A stretch of 49,646 nt of DNA, the filler included, from Bipalium vagum (lineage: Eukaryota), in assembly GCA_037834085.1 (NCBI GenBank). It is 2 parts of 2 records of this genome, joined end to end, with 100 filler letters (N's around TTAATTAATTAA, not from the genome) between each part and the next. Parts side by side here need not be neighbours in the genome. Positions count along the whole stretch, not along the records: positions 1 to 19,539 come from JBBMKC010000650.1; 1 more part is not named here. One strand, written 5' to 3'. How positions within the stretch are numbered: the first letter of the stretch is position 1; every line of letters starts with the position of its first letter. Below, piece after piece: positions 1 to 13,496 of this stretch. Position numbers and translations under genes: made by a program. A model generated the notes under the pieces. That model was not told the origin of the DNA. It saw only the letters and a list, made by a program, of their open reading frames with translations, and ran no database searches.

Positions 1-1943
1 TTTGCACGTTTAAACCATCACCCAGTCGATTCTTAATATAAACATATTTAACGCAACCTTTCACATATTCCGAACGTAACACTCTCTAAACCCTTCTGAT
101 ATATTAAACGAGCTTATTTATTGTTGAGGTTTAGTAAATAGTAAATAATATAAGTCTAGTAAAACCCCAACATTATAATAATTAAAACAAAAATATAATT
201 TAGTAAGTACAACTTACTAAAAATAGATTTTAATAAAAAAATATTTATATAAGAATTTTATAAAGTAATATATTTACATACAAAATATACAATTAGTAAC
301 AAAATGTTACTAATTATAAAAAGACATAAAAACAATAGATATATAAATCACATATACAAATACAAAATCACTCACATTTTCACATTTTCACTTGCGATAG
401 ACAGTTACAAATTCCAAGCTTATAATCCAAACTCGATAAACAATACGACAGTCGATTTACAAATTACTATTCAAATCAATATATGCACACAAGTAATTTT
501 CATAATTTTCATATATATTATCTATATTATATTGCATTGTTAGTTTTATTTTTCGTAATTAGTAATTCGCAAAGAATTACATAATTATTTTAATTATAAA
601 TAATATTAAAGGTAAATATAAATTCGATAAAATTATTTTTAACCCTAAAGTTGGTTATCTTTTAAATAAATGTTAGGGTTCAGCCCTAAAATCAATTAAC
701 ATATTTTGTTCATTTCTTCACTTCCGTCGCAGAGCTTTTTATTTTTGTAGTTCACACACTAATTAGGGTGGTGGATTACCTATCTTTGAGGGCTTTTGAG
801 ACACTGGTATTTTTATCAGTGCGAAAAAATTTCATTCCTTTAATTAAGCCTAAATTCGGGGAAAGTTTTCTTGCGAGGATTGTTCAAACAACAATCACTC
901 TTGTCTTGTAAATTCAATTTTTAGTATCAATAAAGATTTGAAAAGTAATTAGTTCTCTTAATCGATTCAAATTCATATTACAATCACGATTAAAAATTAA
1001 CCTTCTACCGTTAAGCTCTTAGTTTTAGCTCCATTTTTAAGAGACTTAACATTTTTTTTAATTCATCATTTTAATCATTTCTCACTAGATTCTTATAATT
1101 AATAAATTTTAATATTTTTATAATTTTTAAATGTAGCTACAATATTATAATGAAAACTTTTCTAGATGAGGTTCAAGTTATAGCTTAAACAAAAAACTTA
1201 TGCAATATATGCTCATTAAATATTCCAGATAATATTATGGTTCAGAGTTCAATAAATTATTCACACAGGAATGAAGAAAATTTTGTGGCAATCCTAACTG
1301 TTTATGTATGATACATAAAGAGGTCGAATTTCGTAAACATCTTTTTAAAATGAATCAGTGGTTATAATTCTAAATGTAATCCAGTTTTGAACGACTTGGA
1401 AAATTCAAAAACATCTGAAAATGATTTTAAAACGAAAATCTCTTGTGTCCTGAACAAATTTATCCATGCCGACAGTCTTTGAGCAGATCTAGTGTTTCAC
1501 TGTTAAACACTTCTCGTGGTCTTTTTCATTATGTGTATTGATATACCCTATCAATTTTTTCAACAGGTATTTGGTGTGGATTCTTATTCAGAGATGCCAA
1601 CAAACAGAAATCTTCAACTGCCGCAGTTTAACAATTCTGCTTCATTCCATCTGATTCGATTTATCAGATTTTTCATTAAGTTTTAATATTTTTGTCAAAT
1701 TTCATCAGACTTTGCTCTTCTGTGATAAAATATATCTAAATCTATTTTACTCATTTTTTAATCATAATGAAACAATGAAATATCTTTTTATATACGTTTC
1801 ACACTTAGAATCAGTGTATTTTATATTTATCATAATGGTTGTGCGATAGTAAACTTAAAGTTAGAAGTTTTAAATTTTTATTTTATATAAAAGTCGATTT
1901 TCATTAGTCATCTCATTTTAATTTGTTCCTGTATTATATTTTC

Positions 1944-2699
1944 GGTTCTTTTTTGGAATAGGAACTCACTTACTATTGGCTGTCAATAAGTGCGTTCCTA
2001 TTGGACGACTATTTATAGATGTGACGTTTTAGACGTCGGTTCTGGAATTTGGACGACTATTTTTGATTTCAATCATACAGATGTGAAATCAACCAATGCA
2101 CAAGTCACAGAACGCAACCGCGGTATCCAGACACATCAATCCATGTCTTGCTGAAGAACGGATCATGAAATCAAATCAATGAAATCAGCATATTTTATTT
2201 CAAATTTCTGTTGGAGAAATCCAACTTACAATGCAAGTATTATTTCAAGTTCTTTCAATCATAAAACGTTGGCTTCCCGTTCAATTTAATATATATCAGC
2301 TTTTAAGTAATTGAATGATTTTAAAAATTTCATTAACATTGAAAGACCAATAAATCGTTTATTTGAAGAGAATCATTAATCTGATAAAAGTTTATGATTC
2401 ATAGTAAAAAACGCTTTCTAAGATATCACTATGGAATAATAATAATATGCTTTTGATTATTTTTTTTGTTTGATTTCTCCATTTTGTCTAAGTTTTCAGA
2501 ATTGAGATACTGCGTAAATTATATATAAAATGAAAACTCAAGTTTCTTTCTGAAATTTGAAATAAATTATGCTGATTCTGTCTTCTGTGACTTGCATTCC
2601 AGAACCGACGTCTAAAATTTCACATCTATAAATAGTTGTCCAATAGAACGCACCTACTGACAGCCAATAGTAAGTGCGTTCCTATTCCAAAAAAGAACC
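1944..2699. mobile_element. Non-autonomous DNA transposon / foldback MITE with ~105-bp terminal inverted repeats
   Basis: GGTTCTTTTTTGGAATAGGAAC...GACGTCGGTTCTGGAAT (1944-~2048) is the near-perfect reverse complement of ATTCCAGAACCGACGTC...GTTCCTATTCCAAAAAAGAACC (~2596-2699). No intact ORF and no clean TSD, so the superfamily is not assigned. Confidence 0.8.
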
Positions 2700-3071
2700 A
2701 AATATTTAAATAATCACATAGTTACATAATAATCTATTAAGAATAGATAAACAAAACTGACCCTGGGGGTATGAGAACGGAATTTTAACCCAAAATTCAA
2801 TAAGTAAATATTTTAAAAATTAAATATTTCATCTTTCTACAATTTTTTAATATGAGCATTTATTAAAATTTTTCATAACACTAGAAAAAAATGAAGACTC
2901 GTGTGGCATAATTTTAGGTTTTAAAAAACCTAGAGTAATTGATATATATTTTTAATTAGATAAATAACTGCAATGTTTAAATAATCTTAATATTTTTTAA
3001 AGAATTTAACTTATTTTAAGAATTAAATTTATTTACTTATTTTATTTCTTTATTCATAATATTATAATTTT

Positions 3072-6000
3072 ATGATGAAAAAAGTATCTTTCGATTTAGA
3101 AGTAAAAAATGAAGTTATGGAAATATGTATTTCATTATTAAAAGGTACGTATTTTATTTTTTAAAAATTATCCTTTAAAATGCACTTAAGTTTCTAATGA
3201 AAATGTAAACCCAACCAAACTTATCGACAAATTTGAGAAGTGTTTTATGTATATAAATATGCTAATAGACTTACAGAAGGGTATAAGTGTGATTGGTGTT
3301 TATTTGATTAATAAGAATAATTAACAGATTATTCTTTTATAAATTCTCAGAAAAATAAATCCGGTTATGATGATCGTGAATATAAATCCAAAGAGATGTT
3401 TAATGACTACAAAAACAAGGGCTTAATTTCTAAAGTATTTATTTCAAATTCAAGAGTGACCAAAGGATTGGGTTTATTTGCAAGAGAGCCAATTAACGTA
3501 GTTGTATTCAACTTTTTTATTATTTTATTAAATCCTTAGAAATATGAACTTACAATGACCATACCAGCTGGTGAGATGATCACCGAATTTGAATCATACT
3601 CATCGATATTTGGTTAGTGTTTAAAATTAATAAGCATAATTATAAATTTCAGGTGAATTTTTGCATTCGAATGACATCACAAAATCCATGCCAAATATAT
3701 CTCTTTCTCTCTATCTGTTGAATGAATATATTGGAAGAAATTCCGTGCATGAAAACTACATAAGTCTGTTTGTTACAGCAGATAATAATTTTACGATCTA
3801 AATTAGAATCAATGCCTTTAATTTTGGATACCTTTTTATATTTGAAACCTGAAGACATTCGGTTACTACGACACTCTCCGTATTTGTGTAAGTATTTATT
3901 GATCATTTTATTATTATACGAAATATCCATTTATAAATTAGTGAACAGATATCAAAATGCACATGAAAATATTGAAATTTATCTTATCTAATGAAACTAT
4001 TTCTTTATTGATAATATTTTCTCTTAAATTATGAATCTTGTCAGGAGTTCGCAACTCGTGGGTCACGAATCTAAATAAAGTCGAACTTTGTTTTTTGTGT
4101 GGTCGCGAATAAATTTGCAAAAAAAACAACGTACCATTTTTACTGTATATTGTTTGAAAGTTGATTTTCTCTTCATAGTACCACTGGTTCTACCTTGATA
4201 CTCATGACCAAATCAATGCGTTTTTTTTGCAAGCTGTCACAATTAATAAAATGCATTCAGTAATTCTGTTTTCCTGTTGGTATCATTGCTTCTTCCTCTC
4301 TGCAATATATCATTACCTCGTGATTTAATTGATCTCGTACTTATAAGGAATCATTTTTAAACTTCTGCTTACCATAAAATTCAGTCTGAAACCTTTGCTC
4401 ACCAAATTTATTATGAATAAAAATAAATTCTTTTTTCGAATCGTTAGTAAAATGGGTTGAGTATCACTAGTAAATATTACGGTTCTCTTCGAATTGAAAT
4501 CTTTTTTTGAAACAGAATTAATCAACATCTTTATTATTCTTCATAATAGAAGAAATATCAATTCAATTAAATTTAGTTAAATATTGTTCATTGAGTCTAA
4601 TAAAATGAGAAAAATTTTGAAAAGAAATTTTTCATTTCAATTGAAATTATCAAATCACATTATTTGAGTATAATCGAATTTTTTGTGAATTGTATCTTCA
4701 GTCTTAGATTTTCTTAATTTTATTTACCAACAAGTTTATTTTAATGCACGTTTTACTTTTTACTTAACCTTTTAAGATAAAAATCGTTATATATCAAATA
4801 AACAAAACCGATTTAAGCGGCTTTCTTTTGTGAAATATTTCAAATTGGAATAATAATAATCTGTCAGTCTGCAATTTTTGTGCATTTCAGTCAGGTTTTT
4901 GGAATTAGTCAGTGAATCTCACAGTTCACAGAACGATATCAAAACTTATCTCGCATTGATTGTCTGTGTGCTACTAAAAATACACGTGGGGCTCTATAGA
5001 ATAAAGTCAATTGGAAGATTCCACATTTCCGTATGAATCATCGTTCGTGTGTCTGCTGGATGGCATCAGTTCTCTAAATAAAATCGATCTGTTTGTATAA
5101 TAAGAAAATTTAGAAATTTAAAAAATCATTCGGTGTATATTAAATTATGATAAGTGAAGTCAATAAAATTCGGAAATACTTTGCTATTTTTATAGATTTC
5201 ATTCGTCTCTTTAACTTTTTTAACATTTTTTCTCTTTATTCAGTCATTTTAATTGTTTAATGATAATGAATTATGCTTCAATTTGAGTTTATTATACAAT
5301 TAAAAATTTTATATTGATTATATTTGATTATAATTAAATTAAGATAACCAATTTTTAAATGATTTCTAAAAAATAACTAAATTTAATCAATGGAAATTTA
5401 ATTTCATTGTTCAATAAAAATCAACAATTACTAAATAGTTATAAAGAAATTTAATACTCGATAAAAATTATATTTCGATATCTTGATTGCAAAAATCGGT
5501 TTCTCCATTTCCTTTTAGTCTTCGACTGTCACTTGTTAAAATATTGATTGTGGTCGTAATTTTTTTAATTGCAGTTCCGAAATTATCAATATTTTTCCGC
5601 TTCAGACGACATTGTTCAGCAGTATTCTTGCATGTGCTGTCATTATTGTTACTTTATGAGAACATTTTCGATGAGTAAATCAATCGCCGGCTGTTGGTTT
5701 CAAGAGGCTTTTTGTTTTGAAGATTTCAGGTTTGAGGACTGATGATACTTATAATTTCAAAATATTATTTTCTGTTCAGATGGGCTGTTTCCATAGTTAT
5801 GTCAAGAAACAATGCTATTCCATCAACTGATGGTTATTGGGAATTATTAATTTAGCCACAGAATTTAAATATCACTTTTTCAGGTAAATCGACGATGTTG
5901 GCTCTTGTTCCACTGTGGGACATGATGAATCACAAACACGGAGAGGTCAGTCTTTTTGTAAGCATTTGAAAAATCAATTGTCTATTGATTTCACGAACTG

Positions 6001-8615
6001 AGTTTGCGTATCTTTCAATTCTACTTTTCCAGATAACGACAGATTTCGATAATGAAAATTTATTGTTTTATGCCATGGAATCGTACGAACTCAATGACGA
6101 AGTGAGTTTTTTGTTTATTTTTATTGTTCAGTCAATTTTAGATTTTTGTTGCTATTTTAACTTGGAATAAAGGGTTTTCTTTAAAAAAAATTCATTTCAA
6201 TTGTGATCAAACTTTGAATGGGAATTTGATTGATTTAAATCATTTTAAAAATGACCTTGAAATTGTTTCCTTCATCAAGAGATAAATATTATTTTATGAC
6301 TCGGTTCCAATCTCTAAATCATTTCCTCAATTTTGTAGATTTTGGACAGACTTTGTTTAAGAAGACAACTTTAAAATGTCTGTCTGTTCTAATTATTTTA
6401 TTATCAGTTTTATTTCAATTCAGAACTAAGTGGGTAGAAGAAAAAACAAGTTTGTATCGAAAAAAGGTTGGAAACACTGGTTTCTATAATTTTATTTTGA
6501 AACAAGAAAATGCGGTATTAAAAATTAATTAAATTGTTACATCTTGATTTTTTAAATTTATTGATTGAATATAATTTTTCATAATAATAATAATAGATAA
6601 TTTTATAATTTATCTGTTTTACAAATGAACTAACGCGTTTATCATTATATAAATCTCCATTTTAAATTCATTCAATTTTTTCTTTTATTGTCTTCGAATT
6701 AATCTGTTCCTTTCACATATCATTGCTCACTCGGAATTGAAAATTTTTAGTTTTAACTTTTCATTAAAAAATAAATAAAAAGTTGTGATTATCATTCATC
6801 AATTCTTTGTTTGAGATATAAATGGTAAAACGCAATATTCTCTTCAGATTTGCATGGATTATGGAAAGCGGACAAATTTCCAATATTTCATGTATTCGGG
6901 ATTTGTACCAGAATTAAACCCCCACGACAAATATAAACTGCTTCTCTGTAAGTTGCAATTGAAACAAAAATTATTGGTATATATATATATATGGTTTGTT
7001 ATTAGCCTTTAACAAGAACGATGGGCTGTTTCAAATGAAACAGAAAATTCTGTCCAAGTTATCAATCGATTGGTAATTTTAATACTAAAAACCTGTATTG
7101 TATCAAATTTTGTAATTTTCAGTGAAAATCCAACGTTTATGGTTGATTGTAACACATTTGAGGTCTTCACCCGTGATTTGGTCATCTATTTGTCAGTTAT
7201 GTTAAATAGAGACGGTAAGGTCAAATGGAAATTGGGTTTTTTTTTTAAATATTCGAGTTTATTTTATGACAAAACCACATCGGCAATATAATGTTCAATA
7301 ATATTTTCTTGTAACATTGAAAATATTACGTGAAATGGAACCGTTGCTAATGTAGAATTTCTGTCATCACATAATTCAAGATTTTTATTTAAAAAACTGT
7401 TGGTCAATATTTTAATTTTTTCAGGGTGATAATCAGTTCTTGGGAACTAGTGTCTGTACCAATACGCTTCTTTTTTAATTTTTTATACCAAATTGTCTCG
7501 TCATTTCGCAACAACCAAGAATTTGAAATATATCGAACGTTGAGTTTCAACGGAGAATATAACACAAAATTATCGATCAATTTAAATCAGACGAGTAAAA
7601 TTATACTGTGCTGTCTTTATCGTCGTTGCACCTACATAAAACACAAGTCTGTCAGATATTCCACAGATTAAAATGGGTGCCTGTGGCTTTGTGCATTCTA
7701 GTTTCTGGGTAATCGAGCTCAGGTTCGATTTTCATTGATAGGCGCTAAACGATTCTTTCCTAATTTGTACTTTTGAATTAAAAAATTGTGCTTTAACAGT
7801 CTCTGATGTTCTGTACCCCAATTCCATTCATTAAAGAAAATTCGATTTTATTAAATTTGTATATTTATCATTGAAAAAATTTTAAAATTATGCCAATATC
7901 TAAACCAATAATATTACAAAATAAAAAAATTAATATTTTAAATTTATTTGTCTTAGACATTACTTTTTATGATGACTCGAATGAGACAAAACAGTTCAGA
8001 AACATAACAAATGTTCTATTAATTGATTTTTATATAAATATTTTAACTATGGTCTTTTTTGTTGGCACAATTTTCTATTGGCCTTCATATTTAACGAGAA
8101 GAATTAAATAATTTTTTAAAAAGAATCGATTATTAATATTTAGTGAGAGGTGTCAATTTGGACCTCCAAATCATTTTTACATCGCTTGTTCTAACTGGTC
8201 TCTTTAAAAGAGTAAGAATCATTGAAATGATTTTGTTCCCAATAAGACTACATTGTTTTTATCATTAAAAAGTGGATAGAAACCAGTACGAGTCTGAGAT
8301 GCTTTTATAACTTTCTTATAGGCAAAATGCTCGATCAATTTCTTCTTTCTCCGACCATGGAAGCGGATATAATGAAGTATTCAGAAACTGCTAAAGGTGA
8401 TATTAGGACTTTTGTTGAAAATCGATTAAAAATCAATAAAAAATGCTTTGACACAAATCTGGAAAAAGTTGTTCTCATTTCGTTTTGATATATTAATTTA
8501 TTGACAGTTAAAACAATTGATTCAGTTGACTTCCGATGAAGATCTGTTGGCAGAACGATTTCTCAGTTACGAAAAGAGAGTCGTAGAAAAAATCTTGGAA
8601 AAATGTCATGCTTAA
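3072..8615 (+). CDS. SETD3: SET-domain protein, SETD3-like actin-histidine N-methyltransferase (15 exons, ~472 aa)
   Basis: Manually spliced GT-AG exons 3072-3144, 3191-3280, 3328-3497, 3540-3612, 3653-3763, 3807-3887, 5606-5729, 5780-5832, 5884-5945, 6033-6101, 6848-6947, 7006-7072, 7123-7214, 8322-8467, 8508-8615 give an open 1419-nt frame. Motifs GLGLFAREPI, FCFEDFRWAVSIVMSRNNAIPSTDGKSTMLALVPLWDMMNH and ICMDYGKRTN...YSGF align with recalled SETD3 (FTYEDYRWAVSSVMTRQNQIP...LALIPLWDMCNH). Confidence 0.88.
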
Positions 8616-8933
8616 AATGTAATCTGAACACTTGTTTAATTTTCTTGTTAGAAAAAATTTGATTTGGTTGGTGATTTAAATCAAAAAGACTCGAAAATGC
8701 GGTTCGGTCTCAAATTCTTTCACTGAATGTGCCCTAAATCTTAATCTATGTTTTTAATTTCTTCATGAATAGTCTATAACAGTATAGAAACTAAACATAA
8801 ATATTACAAAGAAAATTTAGATCTTAAGAAATAGTCTATTTTCTAGATGAGTTATCAATATTTTTGAACAACTTATTATATTTTTATTAATAATCAATTT
8901 TATTTTGTTTAAACCATGAGAAACTTTAATATA

Positions 8934-9966
8934 CTAGGTCGTTCTAAAAGTCCCTAGTCTAAAAAACAAAAAATTTTTCAAGACATGAACCAGTTTTATT
9001 ATTCAACATAGTCTACTTTTAAGTGGATACATCGTTTCCATCGACCTTCAAGTTTTTTATAACCTCTGAAAAATAAGATTTCTCCAACCCTTGAAAATAT
9101 TCTGTAGTTTCAGCCATGACTTCACCACTTGTGTACGATGGATTTGAAAGCAAATCATAGTGCAATTCGTGTATTTTAGCGTTGAAATTACACTTTGATG
9201 AAGTGGTGGTCTTTTTCCTATGATTATATTACTTAATTGATCAAATAATCTTACATAATATTGTCCACTATATTGTTTTCCACTTTTTAAGAAATTCAAG
9301 GAATTAATATTCCATGGGTGTCCCTAAAACATTGCCAGAATCTTTTCAGCTGACTGTCGTTTGGAGCACTTACCGGGTCCTACCCATTGCTTTGTCTGTC
9401 GTGAAGATTCCGCTGTATAGTTATATATTCACATTTCTTTAACGGTTATATATTCATTTGGATTTCCATTAAAAACGCCTAAACACAACTTTGAATCATT
9501 AACTCCTTGCTTTTGATCGATTATCAAAGAGAGCGGCACCCATTTTGTGACAAGCTTTTTCATTTCCAATTCATCTTGAATTATTTACTGATATCTTTAC
9601 GAGTTTATGTAACTCGTAGATTTTGATTTTCGATCATTCATAATTGCTTCATTGACTTTTTGAATGTTCTTTGGCACCTCAATTGGGCGGCTGTTTCGTT
9701 CAGCATCATCTGTGCTTATACGACCGCGTTTAAATTCAGTGAACCGATTTCTTATCGTTGAATACGAAGCAGCAGAGTCGCCAAAATGTTTATCCAGTTT
9801 TCTTTCACCTTTTTCATCTAAAAAATCAGAACTGGGTATGTAATTTTAATGTTAGTGGATAATTTTAAAAAATTGGTAGATTTCATTAATGTTTGGAATT
9901 TCATAAACAACACTTTGGGTAATTTTTTACTATTAGTGATTTTTCATTTTCGGGTCAAGGACCTAG
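8934..9966 (-). mobile_element. Degenerate mariner (Himar1/irritans-like) element
   Basis: TA-flanked ends (ta|CTAGGTC ... GACCTAG|ta). Frameshifted minus-strand translation gives LDKHFGDSAASYSTIRNRFTEFKRGRISTDDAER, KKLVTKWVP and FLKSGK..SGQYYVRLFDQL. Confidence 0.85.
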
Positions 9967-10286
9967 TAATATTATTTGGCGAAATTTTAAATTAAGTATT
10001 AAATTCTAACAAGGATTACCGACAACATTATTGTTGAGACAACCACAATTAGTTCAGATTTTACTTGAAAATTCAATTTAAAATGCAGTCACTCTAGTTA
10101 CAATGAATTTGATTGTAACGGATTTTTTGGCTTAGTTCGATGTTACTGAATTAAAAAAAATAATCACATCTTTTTACATGTATGTTGGCATTCATAATGT
10201 TAATATTCCAAAAGAGTATTAAATAGTTTTAATTTAAATTTCGTTCACTCAAAATTTTCTTTATTCATTCGCAGCACAGACTAATT

Positions 10287-10729
10287 ACAAAAGTATGTTT
10301 GTAATTACCATTTTTTACAAATAAATTTTATTTTTTATTGTTTTAAAAAAAGTAATGAAAAAGAGAGTAGTATGTAAAACTAGACTTTGAGGACAGGACC
10401 CCAACTTTTTTATAAAAAAACCAGGCCCTGGGGGATAGGCCTAAAAATATATTTTGTCTAAATTAACATCTATATAAAAATCACGAAAAATATGAATTTA
10501 ATAATGATAAAAATATCTTATATAAAAACATTCAAAATGTATAAAATATGCCAAATAATTAAAATATTTTATCACAAAATTCAGGGTTCTTTTTTATAAA
10601 AAAGAAAATGGGAGTCCTCTTCTAAAAGTTTGGTTTTGCATACTACTCTCTTTTTCATTACTTTTTTTAAAACAATAAAAAATAAAATTTATTTGTAAAA
10701 AAATGGTAATGAGAGAAACATACTTTTGT
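10287..10729. repeat. Long inverted repeat (arms ~145 bp, spacer ~150 bp) at the left edge of the Polinton-like region
   Basis: 10287-~10430 is the reverse complement of ~10582-10729. The core ATTACCATTTTTTACAAATAAATTTTATTTTTTATTGTTTTAAAAAAAGTAATGAAAAAGAGAGTAGTATG is matched almost perfectly. Confidence 0.9.
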
Positions 10730-10989
10730 GACTTTGTAAAAAATATATTTCAATACCTAATAAAAAAACACTAAAATCCATACATTTAAAAGTATGAATG
10801 AAAAAAGTATCATAAGTATGAATGAGAATGAAATTCAAAATTTCCAATTTTTTTCCTATCTAAAGTTGGAGGTGACAGTTTAAGTCTCAAATAACAAACA
10901 ACAAATTTTTAGATAAATTCACGACAGGAAATATCCAGGTGAATTACATTTAAAATCTTTAAATCCTTTTAACAAAACAAACCGAGTTC

Positions 10990-11425
10990 CAACTTTAGAG
11001 TACCAGGCTCACATATAAATACACGTTTAGAAAATTATGAAGAGATAGTAAATAATTATAAAGAAACAGAAGAACTAAATATCCCTCAAATTCCAATAAA
11101 TCAAATAGATCAAGCAGCAATGAATCATGATGTAAAATATATGTCAACAGATATAAAAGATCGACATATTGGAGGTGTTGAAATGATTCATAAAATGAAC
11201 AACATTCAAAATCCAACTCCAAGAGAAAAACTTGAAAGAGCAATTGTAAAATTAATTATGAAGAGCAAGAATGCTCTAGGAAGGGCGGTGCCGCTCAAAC
11301 CAAAAATTGCTTTAGGATTAGGTTTACCACGAGCAACAAAAAATATTGAACCTTTGTCTAGAGCAACAAAGTTTCTCACTAATGAAAAACTATTTGAAAA
11401 CTCAAAAATCATTCCAAAAAAATAA
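10990..11425 (+). pseudogene. Parvovirus-type phospholipase A2 domain (Polinton/adintovirus PLA2), frameshifted
   Basis: FRVPGSHINTRL ... PINQIDQAAMNHDVKYMSTDIKDRHIG.VEMI fits the PGT..RL / P.N..D.AA..HD..Y...R pattern of viral PLA2, followed by LGLGL. Confidence 0.75.
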
Positions 11426-11590
11426 AATTCTGTAAAAGAACTTCATAAAGAATTCAGAAAACTTAAGATTTTCTTAAAAGTAAAAGTTTTTAATAAAGAT
11501 GATATTTGGTCTGCAGATTTAACTTTTGTCCCTGGAGAAAGAGATTATAAAATAATTCTAAGAGTTATCGATTTATATTCTCGTTTTTTT
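11426..11590 (+). pseudogene. Polinton c-integrase (rve) N-terminal fragment
   Basis: VKELHKEFRKLKIFLKVKVFNKDDIWSADLTFVPGERDYKIILRVIDLYSRF matches the Polinton integrase ELHK..R...V...DD.W.ADL....YK.IL.VID..S pattern. It is truncated by unrelated sequence at ~11590. Confidence 0.85.
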
Positions 11591-12123
11591 TACCGTTCTT
11601 TTCACTGACGTCATTTATTATTGATTTCATGATATTATTTTTATTTTAATGTTTTTTATCATATTTCATTATTATATCAATTTTATTATATTTTTTCAAT
11701 ATTTATGGATATTATTAAATTGATTTCATTATGTTACCATTTGATTGATTCGCTTTAATCCTGTCATTTTTGGGGATTTTATTGCCATATGTTATACTTT
11801 TCAATATGCCACCCACTATTGTAGGTTGTTTTCGTTTTTATATGTAATGCCATATGTTATAATTTATTTTATTTGTATTTCGGGATTTTAAACGTCGCCT
11901 ACTGCCTTCTTCAAGTATTATTATTATTACTTAATTTAATATTATTGTTATACCCTTTTTAGGTTGCGCTTTACTTTGTGGTACAATTTTGTTTGATGAA
12001 AGAAAGTTGTAAAAAATAACAATATTTGATGACATTGCGATCCTCTTCAGATTTTTCTCTTTTTGTTTGACGACTCTCACAGAAATAAAAGATAAAATAG
12101 ATGAAAAACCTGAAGAATAAAAA

Positions 12124-12290
12124 TCAGATGGAGTTCTACCATTAATTCCGATTCTTGGAGAAATATTTTCTGGTTTAGGAGCAGTTGCTGGAGGAGTTGC
12201 AACAGCGGTTCAGAAAGCAAAAGAATCCAAAAAAATAATGCAGAGAAAGAAAAGATTGAAGTGGAAAAACTTAAACCCAAGACGAGCTAA
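12124..12290 (+). pseudogene. Adenovirus pX-like hydrophobic peptide of a Polinton/adintovirus virion protein (fragment)
   Basis: Translation SDGVLPLIPILGEIFSGLGAVAGGVATAVQKAKE resembles the GG(F/V)LPL...GA.AGG.A motif of pX-like domains. Confidence 0.6.
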
Positions 12291-13496
12291 AGCTGTCGAT
12301 CCTTATTTTGGAAAGATACAATTCAATATCTCAGAAGAAAAAATTTTTTAAAAACCTGAAAAAAAAAGGTATTACAAAAACTTTATAAAAATAAACTGGA
12401 AACCATAAAACAAGAAAATTGATTATATTTTGATTTTTATGAGAAAAAACAACTTTCCCAACTTCAAAACAAGTGAAAAGCAATGCTTAGAATCAGAAAA
12501 TATATTTTTAAATGTTACTGGTAATGAAATGAGTAAATGTAAGAGAACCAAATGATAACGATGTTGTAAATTTAAAGTATAGGAAACAAATTTATTTAAT
12601 GCAATTAGTATATATAAAATTATTGGTAAAACACAATTCTTTTATTTAATATTCGAAATCAACTAAAAATATAGAAAAAATTGAGAGCGAATTAGCACTA
12701 CGTAACCCTGAAGATCTAAAAAAATATCAAAGATATAAAATTTGCTAAGAATATGAAAAATTTAGAACACAATTTTTATCATATATTGAATCATTTTAAA
12801 ATGTCAAACTGAAGATTCTGATAGAAAAGATTTCAATAGAAAACAAACTTAAATAACGCAATAGTAAATATAATAAAAGAATCTGAAGATGTTCAGAAAA
12901 TTATAATTCGTCGGCTTCGCAACCGACGTTTCGCACTCTTATAGAAAATATAAACAGTTTCGGATATTTTGATTTTGATATTTAAATTGATATATTGTTA
13001 AAATAAAATTGAAAACCACTGTAATAGTATTAATTTTATAGTATTAATGATAATCATGTTTTTGGTTGGTATCTTAATATTTTAGCGTTATTTATTATTA
13101 TATATTTATGATGTTATGGAAAAACTATTGTTCTAGAAAAAATATCTAAAGGAATAAGTCACTAAATCTTAATACGTATTCAACAATTTTCCAATCAATG
13201 ATTATGAATATAAAAAGTAGCATACTTTAATAGTAAAAAAATATTTCATATTTTGCTAATTGGAAATAAAATTGATAAATAATATTTAAAATCCTATTAA
13301 TTTTTTAAGACCGTATCAAAAAATTATAAAACCCCTGTAGATGTTAAAAATTAAATAAAATTCAAAATATAGTTCAAAAAATATATTTATAAAGCAATTT
13401 CTGGATTCAACTCTTTACACTCTCCTTCTTGAATACCTAAAAAATAAATGAATAAATACTGCTTTAATTCATTTTTCATAATTTAAATTATATTTA

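Noticed and set aside
304-543. Short AT-rich ORFs in the supplied track (e.g. 304-543, 4325-4528, 6251-6532, 7890-8111, 15020-15205)
   Set aside because: Low-complexity I/K/F/N composition typical of chance ORFs; several are intronic.
639-690. AACCCTAA / TTAGGG telomere-like motifs
   Set aside because: Isolated single units, not an array.
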